Of a stretch of 64,000 bases of DNA, positions 1 through 9,239 are shown piece after piece. The translations under genes were made by a program, and so were the position numbers. A model generated the notes under the pieces. The model was not told the origin of the DNA, did no database searches, and saw nothing but the letters and a program-made list of their open reading frames with translations. The first letter of the stretch is position 1; every line of letters begins with the position of its first letter. The DNA comes from Minisyncoccota bacterium (GTDB taxonomy: Bacteria > Patescibacteriota > Minisyncoccia > UBA6257 > GWB1-50-10), in the NCBI GenBank assembly GCA_041917695.1, contig JAYRXE010000037.1, forward strand, positions 222,905 through 286,904. The letters run 5' to 3'.

Positions 1-1225
1 CTTGCGAACAGATGGTCGCTACCGCGGATCCGTTGATGCCGTAGCGGGGGATGAGGATGAGATCCAGGACGACGTTGATGATCGCTCCCGCCGCCGTGGT
101 ATACACGAGCTTGCGCTGCATGTTGTACGAAAAAAGCGCGTTCCCAATCACCGTGCCTGGATAGACGAACAGTACGGTTGTAAGCAGAAGTTGGAAGCAA
201 AGCGTCGCTTCAAGATATTCGCTTCCGAAGAAAAGCTGCATGAGCTGGGGGCCGAGCAAAATGCCTCCGACGGTAATCGGGAGGGCAACCAAGAGGACGC
301 TTACCGAGGCGTATTCAATGATTTTCTTCGAGCTTTCATCATCCTTTCCCGCAAATCGCGAAAGAAGGGGGAAAACGCTCGTCGCGATAAGCCCCGGAAG
401 GACGTAGAGGAGCTGCGCCGGCCGCTGCGCCGCCGCGTAGAGGCCGAGATCGCGCGCCCCGGTGAAGAAACCGAGGATGACCGTGTCGATGTTTATCATG
501 AGCGCGCCGAACACGCCCGCCATGGCAAACGGGAGCGAGCCGGCAAGTATTTGCTTCACGTCGGAAACGCGGGGCCGCGCCATAAGATCGCGAAGGTAAT
601 TCCGGATGACAAGATAGGTGAGTACCGTGCCGATCGCCGAGCCCGCAACGTAGGCCGCCGAAAGCACGAACGGCGAAGGATTCGGGATGAAGAAGATGAG
701 TGCTAGTGAGGCGATGGCGACTTCGGTAACGAATATGAAGATGCCCTCGATTTCCATTTTGTTCCGCGCCCGGGAAAAACCGAACGCGAAGAGGCGCATG
801 GTATCGAAAAAGACGAGCATGGCGGCAAGCGGAATGAGCGCCTCCACGCCTTCCACTTTCACGAAGAGGGTTTGCGCGCCGACGGTGAGGCCGAAGGTGA
901 CGACCGCCATTACTACTTTCACGATGATTGCGGTCGAAACGAGGGAAGAGCGCTTTTCGGCGTCGCGGGAAATCTCGCGGGTAAGATAGCCCGTGATGCC
1001 GACGTCGGAGAGCAGGCTCAAAAATGCCGCGAAACTCATCGCATACGAAAAGACGCCGTATCCTTCGACGCCGAGCATGCGCGCCGCAAGGATGACGAGG
1101 CCGGCGCGTATCACCCGCGTCACCAGAGTGGCTCCTGAAAGCCACACGGCATTTTTTACGATGGTCTGTTTGACGTGGCGGTTTTCAAAAAGGAAGCCCT
1201 TTATCCGCCGGAAGGCATTACTCAT
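1..1225 (-). CDS. Polysaccharide biosynthesis protein / Wzx-like oligosaccharide flippase. Partial: the C-terminus runs off the window at position 1.
   Basis: My own translation of the minus strand from the ATG at 1225-1223 gives MSNAFRRIKGFLFENRHVKQTIVKNAVWLSGATLVTRVIRAGLVILAARMLGVEGYGVFSYAMSFAAFLSLLSDVGITGYL... It is continuous and multi-pass hydrophobic with no stop down to position 1. It is missing from the ORF track, probably because it has no in-window stop. ORFs 2..706(+) and 339..1145(-) are other frames of this gene. Confidence 0.6.
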   Translation of the reverse strand, partial: MSNAFRRIKGFLFENRHVKQTIVKNAVWLSGATLVTRVIRAGLVILAARMLGVEGYGVFSYAMSFAAFLSLLSDVGITGYLTREISRDAEKRSSLVSTAIIVKVVMAVVTFGLTVGAQTLFVKVEGVEALIPLAAMLVFFDTMRLFAFGFSRARNKMEIEGIFIFVTEVAIASLALIFFIPNPSPFVLSAAYVAGSAIGTVLTYLVIRNYLRDLMARPRVSDVKQILAGSLPFAMAGVFGALMINIDTVILGFFTGARDLGLYAAAQRPAQLLYVLPGLIATSVFPLLSRFAGKDDESSKKIIEYASVSVLLVALPITVGGILLGPQLMQLFFGSEYLEATLCFQLLLTTVLFVYPGTVIGNALFSYNMQRKLVYTTAAGAIINVVLDLILIPRYGINGSAVATICSQ

Positions 1226-2537
1226 GCGAGAAGAAGAAATGCTTCACCGTCCGCATCATGATAAGCGTATCGAAAAAGAAGGAGCGGTTTTTGATGTAAA
1301 AGATATCGTACCGCAACTTTTCGTACGCTTCCTCGACTGAAGCCGACGGTTTGAAATTTATTTGCGCCCAGCCGGTGATGCCGGGAGCGATGGAGTGGCG
1401 CATGTCGTAGTAGGGAAGCGAAGAATATTTTTCGGCGAGTTCCGCGCTCTCGGGACGGGGGCCGGTGAACGAGATGTCCCCGCGAAGGATGTTTACGAGT
1501 TGCGGGATTTCATCAAGGTGAGTGTAACGGAAGACGCGCCCGAGAGGCGTCACGCGGGTATCGTTTTTTTCGGTCCATGCGGGGCCGATTTTGTCTGCAC
1601 CGTCCACCATAGTCCGGAATTTATAGAGAGTGAACTGCTTATTGCGGCGCCCCATGCGGGGTTGCGTGTAAAATATGGGGCCGCGGGACGAGATGGCAAT
1701 GAGGAATGCTACAAGGATGCCGAACGGAAGCAGGACGAAGAAGAGTACGAGACTCACCACAAAATCGAGCGCCCGCTTCACGAGTTCGTAAAACGGCTTT
1801 CGAGTCGAGATGTGATCGATGACCCATTCAGGGTCCACGATTTCGAGCGGGGTCTTCTCAAACACCTCCTCATAAAAATCGATAAGGCTTGCGATGCGGA
1901 CATCGTGGGACATGAGCGGATAGATTGATTTTGAAAAACGGGAGTCCTCGAGAATCTCGCGCGTCGCGACGGCGAGCGTGTTCTCGCGCCGCGCATCGGT
2001 TTTCATCGCAGCGAAATCTTTTTCTTCGGGATTTTCAATCCATTCCTCGATGGCATATCCGATATGAGGGTTCGAACGAAGGTATTCCTCGATGTGCGGA
2101 CGAAGCGGCGAATGGCCGAAAAAGCGGACGCGCAACGCGCCGATTGAAAACGCTTGGAGGAAGAAGAGGCGGAATGCCCCGTCAAGGACGAAAAAGATGA
2201 GACCGGTGACGATAAGGTTCGTCTTCGGCGTCAGCAGGAAAAAGTCGGGGAAGAGGTAGAGCAGAACGATTGAAACAATGCCGCTCGTTGCGAGCGCCTG
2301 GAAGAGCATGCGGAGCATTTTTTTGCGGGTGCTGAACGTCGCGGGGCGGTACAGGTCGAGCAGGTAAAATACGAAGAACCACAGCAAAAAAAGAGCCGAA
2401 AAAGGGTAGAGATGGGTCGAAAGGCGCCCGCTGAGGTCGGCAAAGCCATACCGTGCCACGAGGGCGGCGGCGAGGGCGACATAGAGGAAAATTACGTCGC
2501 CGAGCATGAGAAACAGCCGCTTTATCTTCCAGAGCAT
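1218..2537 (-). CDS. Undecaprenyl-phosphate sugar phosphotransferase (WbaP/WcaJ-like bacterial sugar transferase).
   Basis: N-terminal transmembrane segments plus a C-terminal PF02397-like core (GPRP...TGWAQI, RMGRRNKQFTLYKFRTM, DEIPQLVNILRGDISFTGPRPE). I chose the start at MLWKIKRL (ATG at 2537). The 158-aa upstream extension of ORF 1218..3011 overlaps the divergent dsbA-like gene and looks non-coding. The stop overlaps the flippase start. Confidence 0.8.
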   Translation of the reverse strand: MLWKIKRLFLMLGDVIFLYVALAAALVARYGFADLSGRLSTHLYPFSALFLLWFFVFYLLDLYRPATFSTRKKMLRMLFQALATSGIVSIVLLYLFPDFFLLTPKTNLIVTGLIFFVLDGAFRLFFLQAFSIGALRVRFFGHSPLRPHIEEYLRSNPHIGYAIEEWIENPEEKDFAAMKTDARRENTLAVATREILEDSRFSKSIYPLMSHDVRIASLIDFYEEVFEKTPLEIVDPEWVIDHISTRKPFYELVKRALDFVVSLVLFFVLLPFGILVAFLIAISSRGPIFYTQPRMGRRNKQFTLYKFRTMVDGADKIGPAWTEKNDTRVTPLGRVFRYTHLDEIPQLVNILRGDISFTGPRPESAELAEKYSSLPYYDMRHSIAPGITGWAQINFKPSASVEEAYEKLRYDIFYIKNRSFFFDTLIMMRTVKHFFFSHE

Positions 2538-2601
2538 GGGATAGATATATTCAACCCTTATCGTAGCAGGAATTTGGCTTCCGTGAAGCGCGCGGATTTT
2601 G

Positions 2602-2630
2602 TTGCGGTTGCCCGGGGCGGTAGGTATAAT
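2602..2630 (+). promoter_or_regulatory. Putative sigma70-like promoter for the DsbA-like gene (TTGCGG-N17-TATAAT).
   Basis: TATAAT at 2625-2630, about 15 nt upstream of the ATG at 2646, and a weak -35. It sits in the divergent intergenic region. Confidence 0.3.
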
Positions 2631-2645
2631 GAAAAGAAAAGTCAT

Positions 2646-3383
2646 ATGGAAAACCAACCACCTGTGAAGAAAGAATGGCTCTTGCCAGTAAGTATCGTAA
2701 TCGCCGCGCTCCTTATCGGCGGCGCGATTATTTGGTCGACGGGGAAGAAAGCGGAACTTGCCGCAAATCCCGGAGAAGCGACTGACGCAGAACTCGCCAA
2801 GCTTGCGGAGAAAGTATTGCCCGTTACCGATGCCGACCACATATGGGGCGATCGGAACGCTCCCGTGAAGATTGTCACGTTCACCGATCTTGAATGCCCG
2901 TATTGCCAGCAATTCCACGGCACGATTCGCCAGGCGCTTGCGGAATACGACGGCCGCGTTGCATTCATCTATCGCAACCTGCCGCTTACGATGATTCATC
3001 CCGGAGCGCAAGAAAAGGCTGAAAGCGCGGAATGCGTCGCCGAAATCGGCGGGAATGAGAAGTACTGGGATTTTGTGGGAAAGATTTTCGATATGTCTTC
3101 GGAACAGGCGGTTGACGTGTCAAAGCTTCCTGAGATTGCCGCGGGCGTCGGCGTCGATAAGGCGGCGTTTAGCGCGTGCGTTTCAAGCGGCAAATTCGCC
3201 GATAAAATAGATGCCGAAAGCAAAGAGGCGCAAGAAGCGGGAGGACAGGGAACGCCCTATAGCATCATCATCTCGAAAGAAGGGAAGCGGTACCCTGTTC
3301 CGGGAGCGTATCCGTATGAATCGACCGGTCCCGGCGTGCCGTCCTTTAAGAGCATGATCGAGGATGCTCTTGCGGAAAAATAA
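2646..3383 (+). CDS. DsbA-like thioredoxin-fold thiol:disulfide oxidoreductase, membrane-anchored.
   Basis: N-terminal transmembrane helix (WLLPVSIVIAALLIGGAIIW), a CPYC active-site motif, and a DsbA-like helical insert. Start taken at MENQPP rather than the upstream ORF start. Confidence 0.7.
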   Translation: MENQPPVKKEWLLPVSIVIAALLIGGAIIWSTGKKAELAANPGEATDAELAKLAEKVLPVTDADHIWGDRNAPVKIVTFTDLECPYCQQFHGTIRQALAEYDGRVAFIYRNLPLTMIHPGAQEKAESAECVAEIGGNEKYWDFVGKIFDMSSEQAVDVSKLPEIAAGVGVDKAAFSACVSSGKFADKIDAESKEAQEAGGQGTPYSIIISKEGKRYPVPGAYPYESTGPGVPSFKSMIEDALAEK

Positions 3384-3396
3384 AGTTCTCTATTTC

Positions 3397-3564
3397 ATGC
3401 GGCCATCCTTTTGGACATTTCTCGGTGTCGGTGCGTGGGTCTTTCTCTCGCCCTGGATACTGGGTTTTTCTTCCATAAACCTCGCCCTGTGGTCGAATCT
3501 TCTTGCTGGCGCGCTTATCGTCGTACTCGCGGTTCGTGCGTTCGGTTTCCCGAAAGGGGAGTAG
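3397..3564 (+). CDS. Small membrane protein with an SPW motif (SPW-repeat-like).
   Basis: MRPSFWTFLGVGAWVFLSPWILGF... has two transmembrane helices and an LSPW motif. The ATG overlaps the dsbA-like 3' end. It is translationally coupled to the next gene by TAG..ATG. Confidence 0.45.
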   Translation: MRPSFWTFLGVGAWVFLSPWILGFSSINLALWSNLLAGALIVVLAVRAFGFPKGE

Positions 3565-3567
3565 GAT

Positions 3568-3810
3568 ATGGACCCGGTCATCATCTACACGACGCCGGCG
3601 TGTTTCTATTGCAAGATTGCAAAGGAATTTTTGCGCCGCAACGGAGTCCCGTTTGAGGAACGCGATGTGGACGCAAATCCCGCGTACGTTCATGAGCTTG
3701 AGGAGAAATCCCACCAGCGGGGAGTGCCGGTGATTGAGGTTGGTGACGAGATATTCGTCGGCTTTGACCGGCCGGCAGTCGCCCGCGCGTTAGGTATCGA
3801 GAACGGATAA
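3568..3810 (+). CDS. Glutaredoxin-like protein (NrdH/YruB-like).
   Basis: 80 aa, IIYTTPACFYCKIAKEFL has a CxxC motif, a Grx fold, and GVP..P pattern. An SD-like AAAGGGGA lies upstream. Confidence 0.75.
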   Translation: MDPVIIYTTPACFYCKIAKEFLRRNGVPFEERDVDANPAYVHELEEKSHQRGVPVIEVGDEIFVGFDRPAVARALGIENG

Positions 3811-3860
3811 TTTTTTACGAAACCTTTCCCGCGGCGGGAAATTGTTAAATAATTCAATTC

Positions 3861-4793
3861 ATGCTTTATGACGTGGTCATTATTGGTGGCGGTCCGGCCG
3901 GAGTATCTGCTGGGGTGTATGCCGCGCGGAAAAAATTAAAGACGGTAGTAGTGACGGACGTTTTCGGCGGGCAATCCGTGGTTTCAAACGACATCCAAAA
4001 CTTCATCGGCACGCCGTCCATTTCCGGCTTTGAATTGGCGCAAAAACTCGAGGGGCATCTGCGCGCGCAGGAAGACGTCCGTATCGTCCTTGGCGACAAG
4101 GTTTCGAAAATCGAAAAAAAGAAAAACGAGAATGGGGCGCTTTCGTTTGCAATAACGACCGAGCGCGGAGAAACCTTCGATGCGCGCGCGGTGCTTATCA
4201 CCGCCGGTTCGAATCGGCGCCGTTTGGACGTGCCGGGAGAACGGGAACTCGACGGGAAGGGCGTTGCCTATTGCGCGACCTGTGATGCCCCGCTTTTTCG
4301 CGGCAAGCGGGTCGCTGTTGTCGGCGGAGGAAACTCCGCGCTTGAAGGCGCGCGGGATCTTATCCCGTACGCATCGGAAATATATCTTTTCGTGCGAAGC
4401 GCCTTGAAAGGCGACCCCGTGACGCAGGAAAAGGTTTTAAGCGATGCGAAGGTGCATCTCGTTTGTCCCGCTGAGATTGTTGAAATACGCGGAAGCGAAG
4501 CAGTGGAAAGCGTCCGTTACCGTTTGAGGGATTCCGGTGAGGAACGCGATCTTCCGCTCGACGGCATATTCATCGAAATCGGTTGGACGGCCAATGCAGG
4601 CATTGCGGAGGGGCTCGTCGAATTGAACGCCGGCGGAGAAATCGTCGTCGACCATAAGACCCAGCGCACTTCAGCCGAAGGCATTTGGGCCGCGGGGGAC
4701 GTGACCGACGCGCTCTATAAGCAGAACAACACGTCCATGGGGGACGCCATCAAGGCGGTTTTGAACATCAACGACCATCTGCACGCGTCGTAA
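3861..4793 (+). CDS. trxB: Thioredoxin-disulfide reductase.
   Basis: GGGPAG FAD motif, CATCDA redox-active disulfide, GGGNSA NADPH motif, 310 aa. Confidence 0.9.
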   Translation: MLYDVVIIGGGPAGVSAGVYAARKKLKTVVVTDVFGGQSVVSNDIQNFIGTPSISGFELAQKLEGHLRAQEDVRIVLGDKVSKIEKKKNENGALSFAITTERGETFDARAVLITAGSNRRRLDVPGERELDGKGVAYCATCDAPLFRGKRVAVVGGGNSALEGARDLIPYASEIYLFVRSALKGDPVTQEKVLSDAKVHLVCPAEIVEIRGSEAVESVRYRLRDSGEERDLPLDGIFIEIGWTANAGIAEGLVELNAGGEIVVDHKTQRTSAEGIWAAGDVTDALYKQNNTSMGDAIKAVLNINDHLHAS

Positions 4794-4830
4794 CGTTTTC
4801 CCGCGCCTGGAGTTTGGTATACTTAATGTA

Positions 4831-7434
4831 ATGAAGCGTTTTGCGAACACCTCATTTTTCGTTGCAGGCGCCGTCTTGCTTTTGCTCGCGCTTTTTTCAG
4901 TGGCTGCGGCGCAATCGCTCCAGCGCATCAACTTCGTTCCGCAAACCTCCGACCCGGTCACCTGCAATTCGACCTCGACGCGGGGCAGTATTTATTTCTC
5001 TTCTTCAACCGGCGAGATCAAGGTGTGTAACGGCACCTGGAGTTCGGTGGGTACGGGAAACGGCGCGAATTATTTTACCCTTTCGGGTACGTCGCTTTAT
5101 CCGACCTCGACTTCGTACAATATTGGCATCGGCACGACTACGCCCGCCTACAACCTTACCGTCGTAGGGACCGGGTACTTTTCCCAGCCCGTTTCGGTCG
5201 GCACGCCGGTCGCGGCTTCCGATGCGGCGACGAAAACCTACGTTGACACGGCGGTAGCCGCCGCGGGAGGGTACTGGACCTTAAACGGCACGTCGCTCTA
5301 TCCAACATCGACCTCGTATAAGCTCGGGGTCGGTACGAGCACGCCTGCACATCCGTTCGTGGTAGCTCCTGCTGGCACGAATGCCGCCTTGCTTGTGAAC
5401 TCAAACGGTCAAATCGTGGCAGGGGCAAATGCGCATCTCAATTCAACATCAACCGCTTTTGCAATCGTGAACGCATCTTCAACGGCGACAGCCCTTACGA
5501 TTTACCAGCAGACCCCTTCAGGCAACCAAGACATATTAACCGTTTGCCGTGGAGCCGTTACCGCGAACTGTCAGCAACGTATTTTCTACATCAATCAATA
5601 CGGGGAACTCCGCCTTGGCCAGACGAATGCGACTGGTCAGCTTACCATTGATGCAAACGGCAACTTTACGCAGATTATAAGCTTAGTGAATAGCCACGCG
5701 TCGGGCGCAACACTTTTATCTGTGGGTGGAGCACAGGGAGGTACTCTTCGCTTACAGTCGAGCGTCCCTGCAGACATTACGCAAACGCCCGCCTTTTCAG
5801 TGTCTGGATCTATCGGGCCAAAATCCGTATTAGCATTCAATGTTGGCGGTACGGGGTCATATCCCTTGTTGATGCAGCCGGTGGGCGGATATGGGTATAC
5901 CAATCCATACAAGGCAACCAGTTTTTACGGCCCCTCAAACATTAATGTCGCGGGCGGGGGAGGCACGAATCCTTCCGCGAATGCGCTTACGGTGGAGAAT
6001 GGTAATGTTGTCATTTATAACGCGAATTCATGGGGTGGCGGCGCCGGAAGCGAATTGCTCGATGAGTCGGCGGGGCCGACCACTACGAAATGGTCGCGGT
6101 CGGGGAACTTTACGTTGCCCGGCACAACCGCTGTTTTTTCCGGAGCGGGCACCGGTTACATCACGCAGACCACGGGAAATATGTTGGGAAGCGTGAAACC
6201 GAATACGCAATATCAACTGAGCTATACCATTACTGGTGCATCTGGTTCTTGCTCGACATTTATCAACGATCCTACGCAAGCAGCGACCACGACCGCTCCT
6301 GCTTCGATTCAATCGCATGACACCAGCTGGCGCCGTTTCGGCTCAACAAACTATTCGACTATTACGAATGGAACGCATTACTTCTTCTTCCGATCTGCAG
6401 AGGGTGGATTGCCCGCGAATTTCTCCTTGGGAGGCTTTTGTAGTTCTGGAGGTTTCACTATTACCGCCATTTCGCTGAAGGAAGCGCGTGGCGGCAATCT
6501 CTACTTCGGCGCTGGAGGCGGAGTTCAGATTGGAACCTCCACACTTGGGCAATCAGGCATCACTGTGTACGGCTCTTCAACTACCGCGACTGATTGGTCC
6601 ATTCACACGTTCAAATCCGACGGTACGTCGACGTTTGTGATTAGAAACGACGGGAACGTCGGCATCGCGTCCTCTTCGCCGGGGTATGCGCTTACTGTAA
6701 ATGGCACGGGATATTTTTCGCAACCGGTTACCGTTGGTACCCCCACATCCGCAAACCATGCAGCGACGAAAGCCTATGTCGATTCGGCGGGAGGGGGCGC
6801 GTGGGTGTCGACTTTGGGGATGCTCTATCCATCATCGACTTCTTGGAGCGTGGGTATTGCGACCACCACTTTTGCGACGTCGACTTATAAACTTGCCGTA
6901 GCAGGGGACGTGCTCTTAGGTGACGGGTCGGGCACGGATTTGGTCGTAGGCCCCACGGGCGCAGGCAAAATCGATGCGGGCGAAATCGACCCGGTATATA
7001 CGATTGGCGGGAAGCGATACGCCACGTATCTTCCGGCCATGACGGGTTTGAAGGAAGAGACGACCGGTACGCTCATGCTCCGCAAAAACGGCGACGCTTA
7101 TTCGAATACGATTGATTTCAAGAAAGCAAAAGAGGGAAGTGACACGTGGCTTTTCTCGCGCGTGACGAACCTTTCGCGCAACTTCGATTCGCTTGTCGCG
7201 CTGCTTACGCCGAATTTCAAGGGAAGCGTGTGGTATGAGAAGGATGAGGCGAATCTCACGCTTACCGTTTACGGCACGAACCCGGGTGAAGTGAGCTACC
7301 GCCTTACGGCACGGCGCTTTGATTGGGAATCATGGCCACAAAACAATGCGGTCGAAGGCGACCATGAAGGCTATAATCTCGATAAGCTTATCTTCTCCGA
7401 CGGCAGGGTGGATTTGGGCTCGCTTATCCGATAA
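4831..7434 (+). CDS. Giant secreted repeat protein with tail-fibre-like repeats and a conserved C-terminal domain.
   Basis: Sec signal peptide (MKRFANTSFFVAGAVLLLLALFSVAAA). Repeated motifs YFTLSGTSLYPTSTSY-IGIGTTTPAY and GYFSQPV-VGTPT..AATKTYVD resemble phage tail-fibre motifs. The C-terminal IDPVYTIGGKRYATY domain is shared with the 9820..12078 paralog. A -10-like TATACT lies at 4817-4822. Confidence 0.8.
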   Translation: MKRFANTSFFVAGAVLLLLALFSVAAAQSLQRINFVPQTSDPVTCNSTSTRGSIYFSSSTGEIKVCNGTWSSVGTGNGANYFTLSGTSLYPTSTSYNIGIGTTTPAYNLTVVGTGYFSQPVSVGTPVAASDAATKTYVDTAVAAAGGYWTLNGTSLYPTSTSYKLGVGTSTPAHPFVVAPAGTNAALLVNSNGQIVAGANAHLNSTSTAFAIVNASSTATALTIYQQTPSGNQDILTVCRGAVTANCQQRIFYINQYGELRLGQTNATGQLTIDANGNFTQIISLVNSHASGATLLSVGGAQGGTLRLQSSVPADITQTPAFSVSGSIGPKSVLAFNVGGTGSYPLLMQPVGGYGYTNPYKATSFYGPSNINVAGGGGTNPSANALTVENGNVVIYNANSWGGGAGSELLDESAGPTTTKWSRSGNFTLPGTTAVFSGAGTGYITQTTGNMLGSVKPNTQYQLSYTITGASGSCSTFINDPTQAATTTAPASIQSHDTSWRRFGSTNYSTITNGTHYFFFRSAEGGLPANFSLGGFCSSGGFTITAISLKEARGGNLYFGAGGGVQIGTSTLGQSGITVYGSSTTATDWSIHTFKSDGTSTFVIRNDGNVGIASSSPGYALTVNGTGYFSQPVTVGTPTSANHAATKAYVDSAGGGAWVSTLGMLYPSSTSWSVGIATTTFATSTYKLAVAGDVLLGDGSGTDLVVGPTGAGKIDAGEIDPVYTIGGKRYATYLPAMTGLKEETTGTLMLRKNGDAYSNTIDFKKAKEGSDTWLFSRVTNLSRNFDSLVALLTPNFKGSVWYEKDEANLTLTVYGTNPGEVSYRLTARRFDWESWPQNNAVEGDHEGYNLDKLIFSDGRVDLGSLIR

Positions 7435-7492
7435 AATAGGCTTTTGAAGATGCGCCGGAAGCGCTCTTCCGGCGCTTTTCTTTTCCGAACAT

Positions 7493-9235
7493 ATGAAACT
7501 GCTTTTCAACTATCTCACGCAATACAAAAAATTCGTTTTCCTCGTGTTGGGGCTCACTGCCGTAAACCAGATTTTTTCGATGCTGGACCCGTTTATTTTT
7601 CGGTACATCATCGACAACTATGCCACGAAATTCGCCGAGTACTCGACGGCGGAATTCCTGCGGGGCGTTATCGGCCTCGCGGCGCTTGCGGTCCTCGCCG
7701 CCCTTGTTTCGCGCATCGCGAAAAATTTCCAGGATTATTATTTGAACGTCATCACCCAGCGGTTAGGCGCGCAGATGTATGCGGACGGCGTGCGGCACAC
7801 GCTCGCATTGCCCTTTGCCGAGTTTGAAGACGCGCGGAGCGGAGAGACGCTTGGCGTGCTCCAAAAGGCGCGCGCAGATGTGGAACGCCTCATAAGCCTT
7901 TTTGTGAACAACCTTTTTATGACGCTCGTCGGCATCGTTTTCGTAACGTTTTATGCATTCTCCGTACATTGGCTCGTCGCGCCTATATATCTCCTGATGA
8001 TTCCGCTTATCGCCGGCGTGAGCCTTTTCATGAGCCGGCGCATCAAGGCCGTGCAGAAATCAGTCGTCGCCGAGACGACGGCGCTTGCCGGTTCAACCAC
8101 GGAATCCCTGCGGAATATCGAGCTCGTGCGTTCTTTGGGGCTTTCCGAGCAGGAGATCTCGCGGCTCAATTCGACGACGGAGAAGATCCTGGGGCTGGAA
8201 TTGAAGAAGGTGAAATACGTGCGCCGTTTAAGCTTCATCCAGGGAACCATCGTAAACACCATCCGCACCGGCCTCATGATCTTCATGATGTACCTCATCT
8301 TCACCCAGCAGATTACGGTGGGACAGTTTTTCACGCTCTTTATCTATTCGTTTTTCATTTTCGGTCCCATGCAGGATTTGGGGAACCTCATCAATATCTA
8401 CCGCGAAACAGAAGTTTCACTCGATAATTTTAAGCATTTACTTGAGAAAGAGACGGAAAGGACCCCGGCGGCTCCCGCCGAGGTCGGCGAGATTCAGAGC
8501 CTTTCCTTTGCCGGCGTTTCTTTCAAGCATCGGACGGCGAAGGAGTCGGCGGTGAAGGAGGTTTCCTTCGAAGCGAAGGCGGGAGAGACGGTCGCCTTTG
8601 CGGGACCCTCGGGATCGGGAAAGACGACCATCGTAAAACTCCTCGTGGGACTCTACGAACCCGCCGGGGGGCGCGTCCTTTATAACGGCATTGATTTTGC
8701 GACGCTCGACCGGCAGAGGGTGCGCGAGAAGATCGGTTTTGTCACCCAGGACACCCAGCTTTTTTCCGGGACCATCCGCGATAATTTGAAATTCGTAAAC
8801 CCTTCCGCGACCGATAGCGAGTGTCTGAAGGTGCTCCAGGAGGCGCAATGCGAGAACCTGCTCGCCCGCGGCGGAGAAGGCCTGAATACGCGCGTCGGCG
8901 AAGGCGGCATGAAGCTTTCAGGAGGCGAGCGCCAGCGCCTTTCCATCGCCCGCGCGCTTCTCCGGAAGCCCGCCGTGCTCGTATTCGACGAGGCAACGTC
9001 CGCGCTTGATTCGCTGACTGAAGAGGAAATCGGGAAGACGGTGCGGAAGATCAGCGCGTCGGGAAAGCACATTACGGTCATGATCGCGCACCGCCTTTCG
9101 ACCATCATGCATGCCGATCGCATTTACGTGCTTGAGAAGGGGGAAATTGTCGAAGCCGGCTCCCACGAGAAGCTTTTGAAGAAAAAAGGCTTGTATTACG
9201 CCATGTGGCGCGAACAGATCGGCGAGCGCGAATGA
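7493..9235 (+). CDS. ABC transporter, fused permease/ATPase exporter (MsbA-like).
   Basis: Six-transmembrane N-terminal domain, Walker A GPSGSGKTT, signature LSGGERQR, Walker B VLVFDEATSALD, H-loop IAHRL. Confidence 0.9.
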   Translation: MKLLFNYLTQYKKFVFLVLGLTAVNQIFSMLDPFIFRYIIDNYATKFAEYSTAEFLRGVIGLAALAVLAALVSRIAKNFQDYYLNVITQRLGAQMYADGVRHTLALPFAEFEDARSGETLGVLQKARADVERLISLFVNNLFMTLVGIVFVTFYAFSVHWLVAPIYLLMIPLIAGVSLFMSRRIKAVQKSVVAETTALAGSTTESLRNIELVRSLGLSEQEISRLNSTTEKILGLELKKVKYVRRLSFIQGTIVNTIRTGLMIFMMYLIFTQQITVGQFFTLFIYSFFIFGPMQDLGNLINIYRETEVSLDNFKHLLEKETERTPAAPAEVGEIQSLSFAGVSFKHRTAKESAVKEVSFEAKAGETVAFAGPSGSGKTTIVKLLVGLYEPAGGRVLYNGIDFATLDRQRVREKIGFVTQDTQLFSGTIRDNLKFVNPSATDSECLKVLQEAQCENLLARGGEGLNTRVGEGGMKLSGGERQRLSIARALLRKPAVLVFDEATSALDSLTEEEIGKTVRKISASGKHITVMIAHRLSTIMHADRIYVLEKGEIVEAGSHEKLLKKKGLYYAMWREQIGERE

Positions 9236-9239
9236 TATA

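Noticed and set aside
2-1145. ORFs 2..706(+) (234 aa) and 339..1145(-) (268 aa), both Arg/Asp-rich.
   Set aside because: Low-complexity R/D/E/G-rich translations typical of wrong-frame or antisense reading of GC-rich DNA. The third minus frame gives a coherent membrane flippase instead.
2538-3011. N-terminal 158 aa of the 597-aa ORF 1218..3011(-), and N-terminal 78 aa of ORF 2412..3383(+).
   Set aside because: The two extensions overlap each other on opposite strands and have non-protein-like composition. The sugar-transferase transmembrane region begins at M159 (2537) and the DsbA-like protein at MENQ (2646). The gap in between holds a promoter-like TATAAT.
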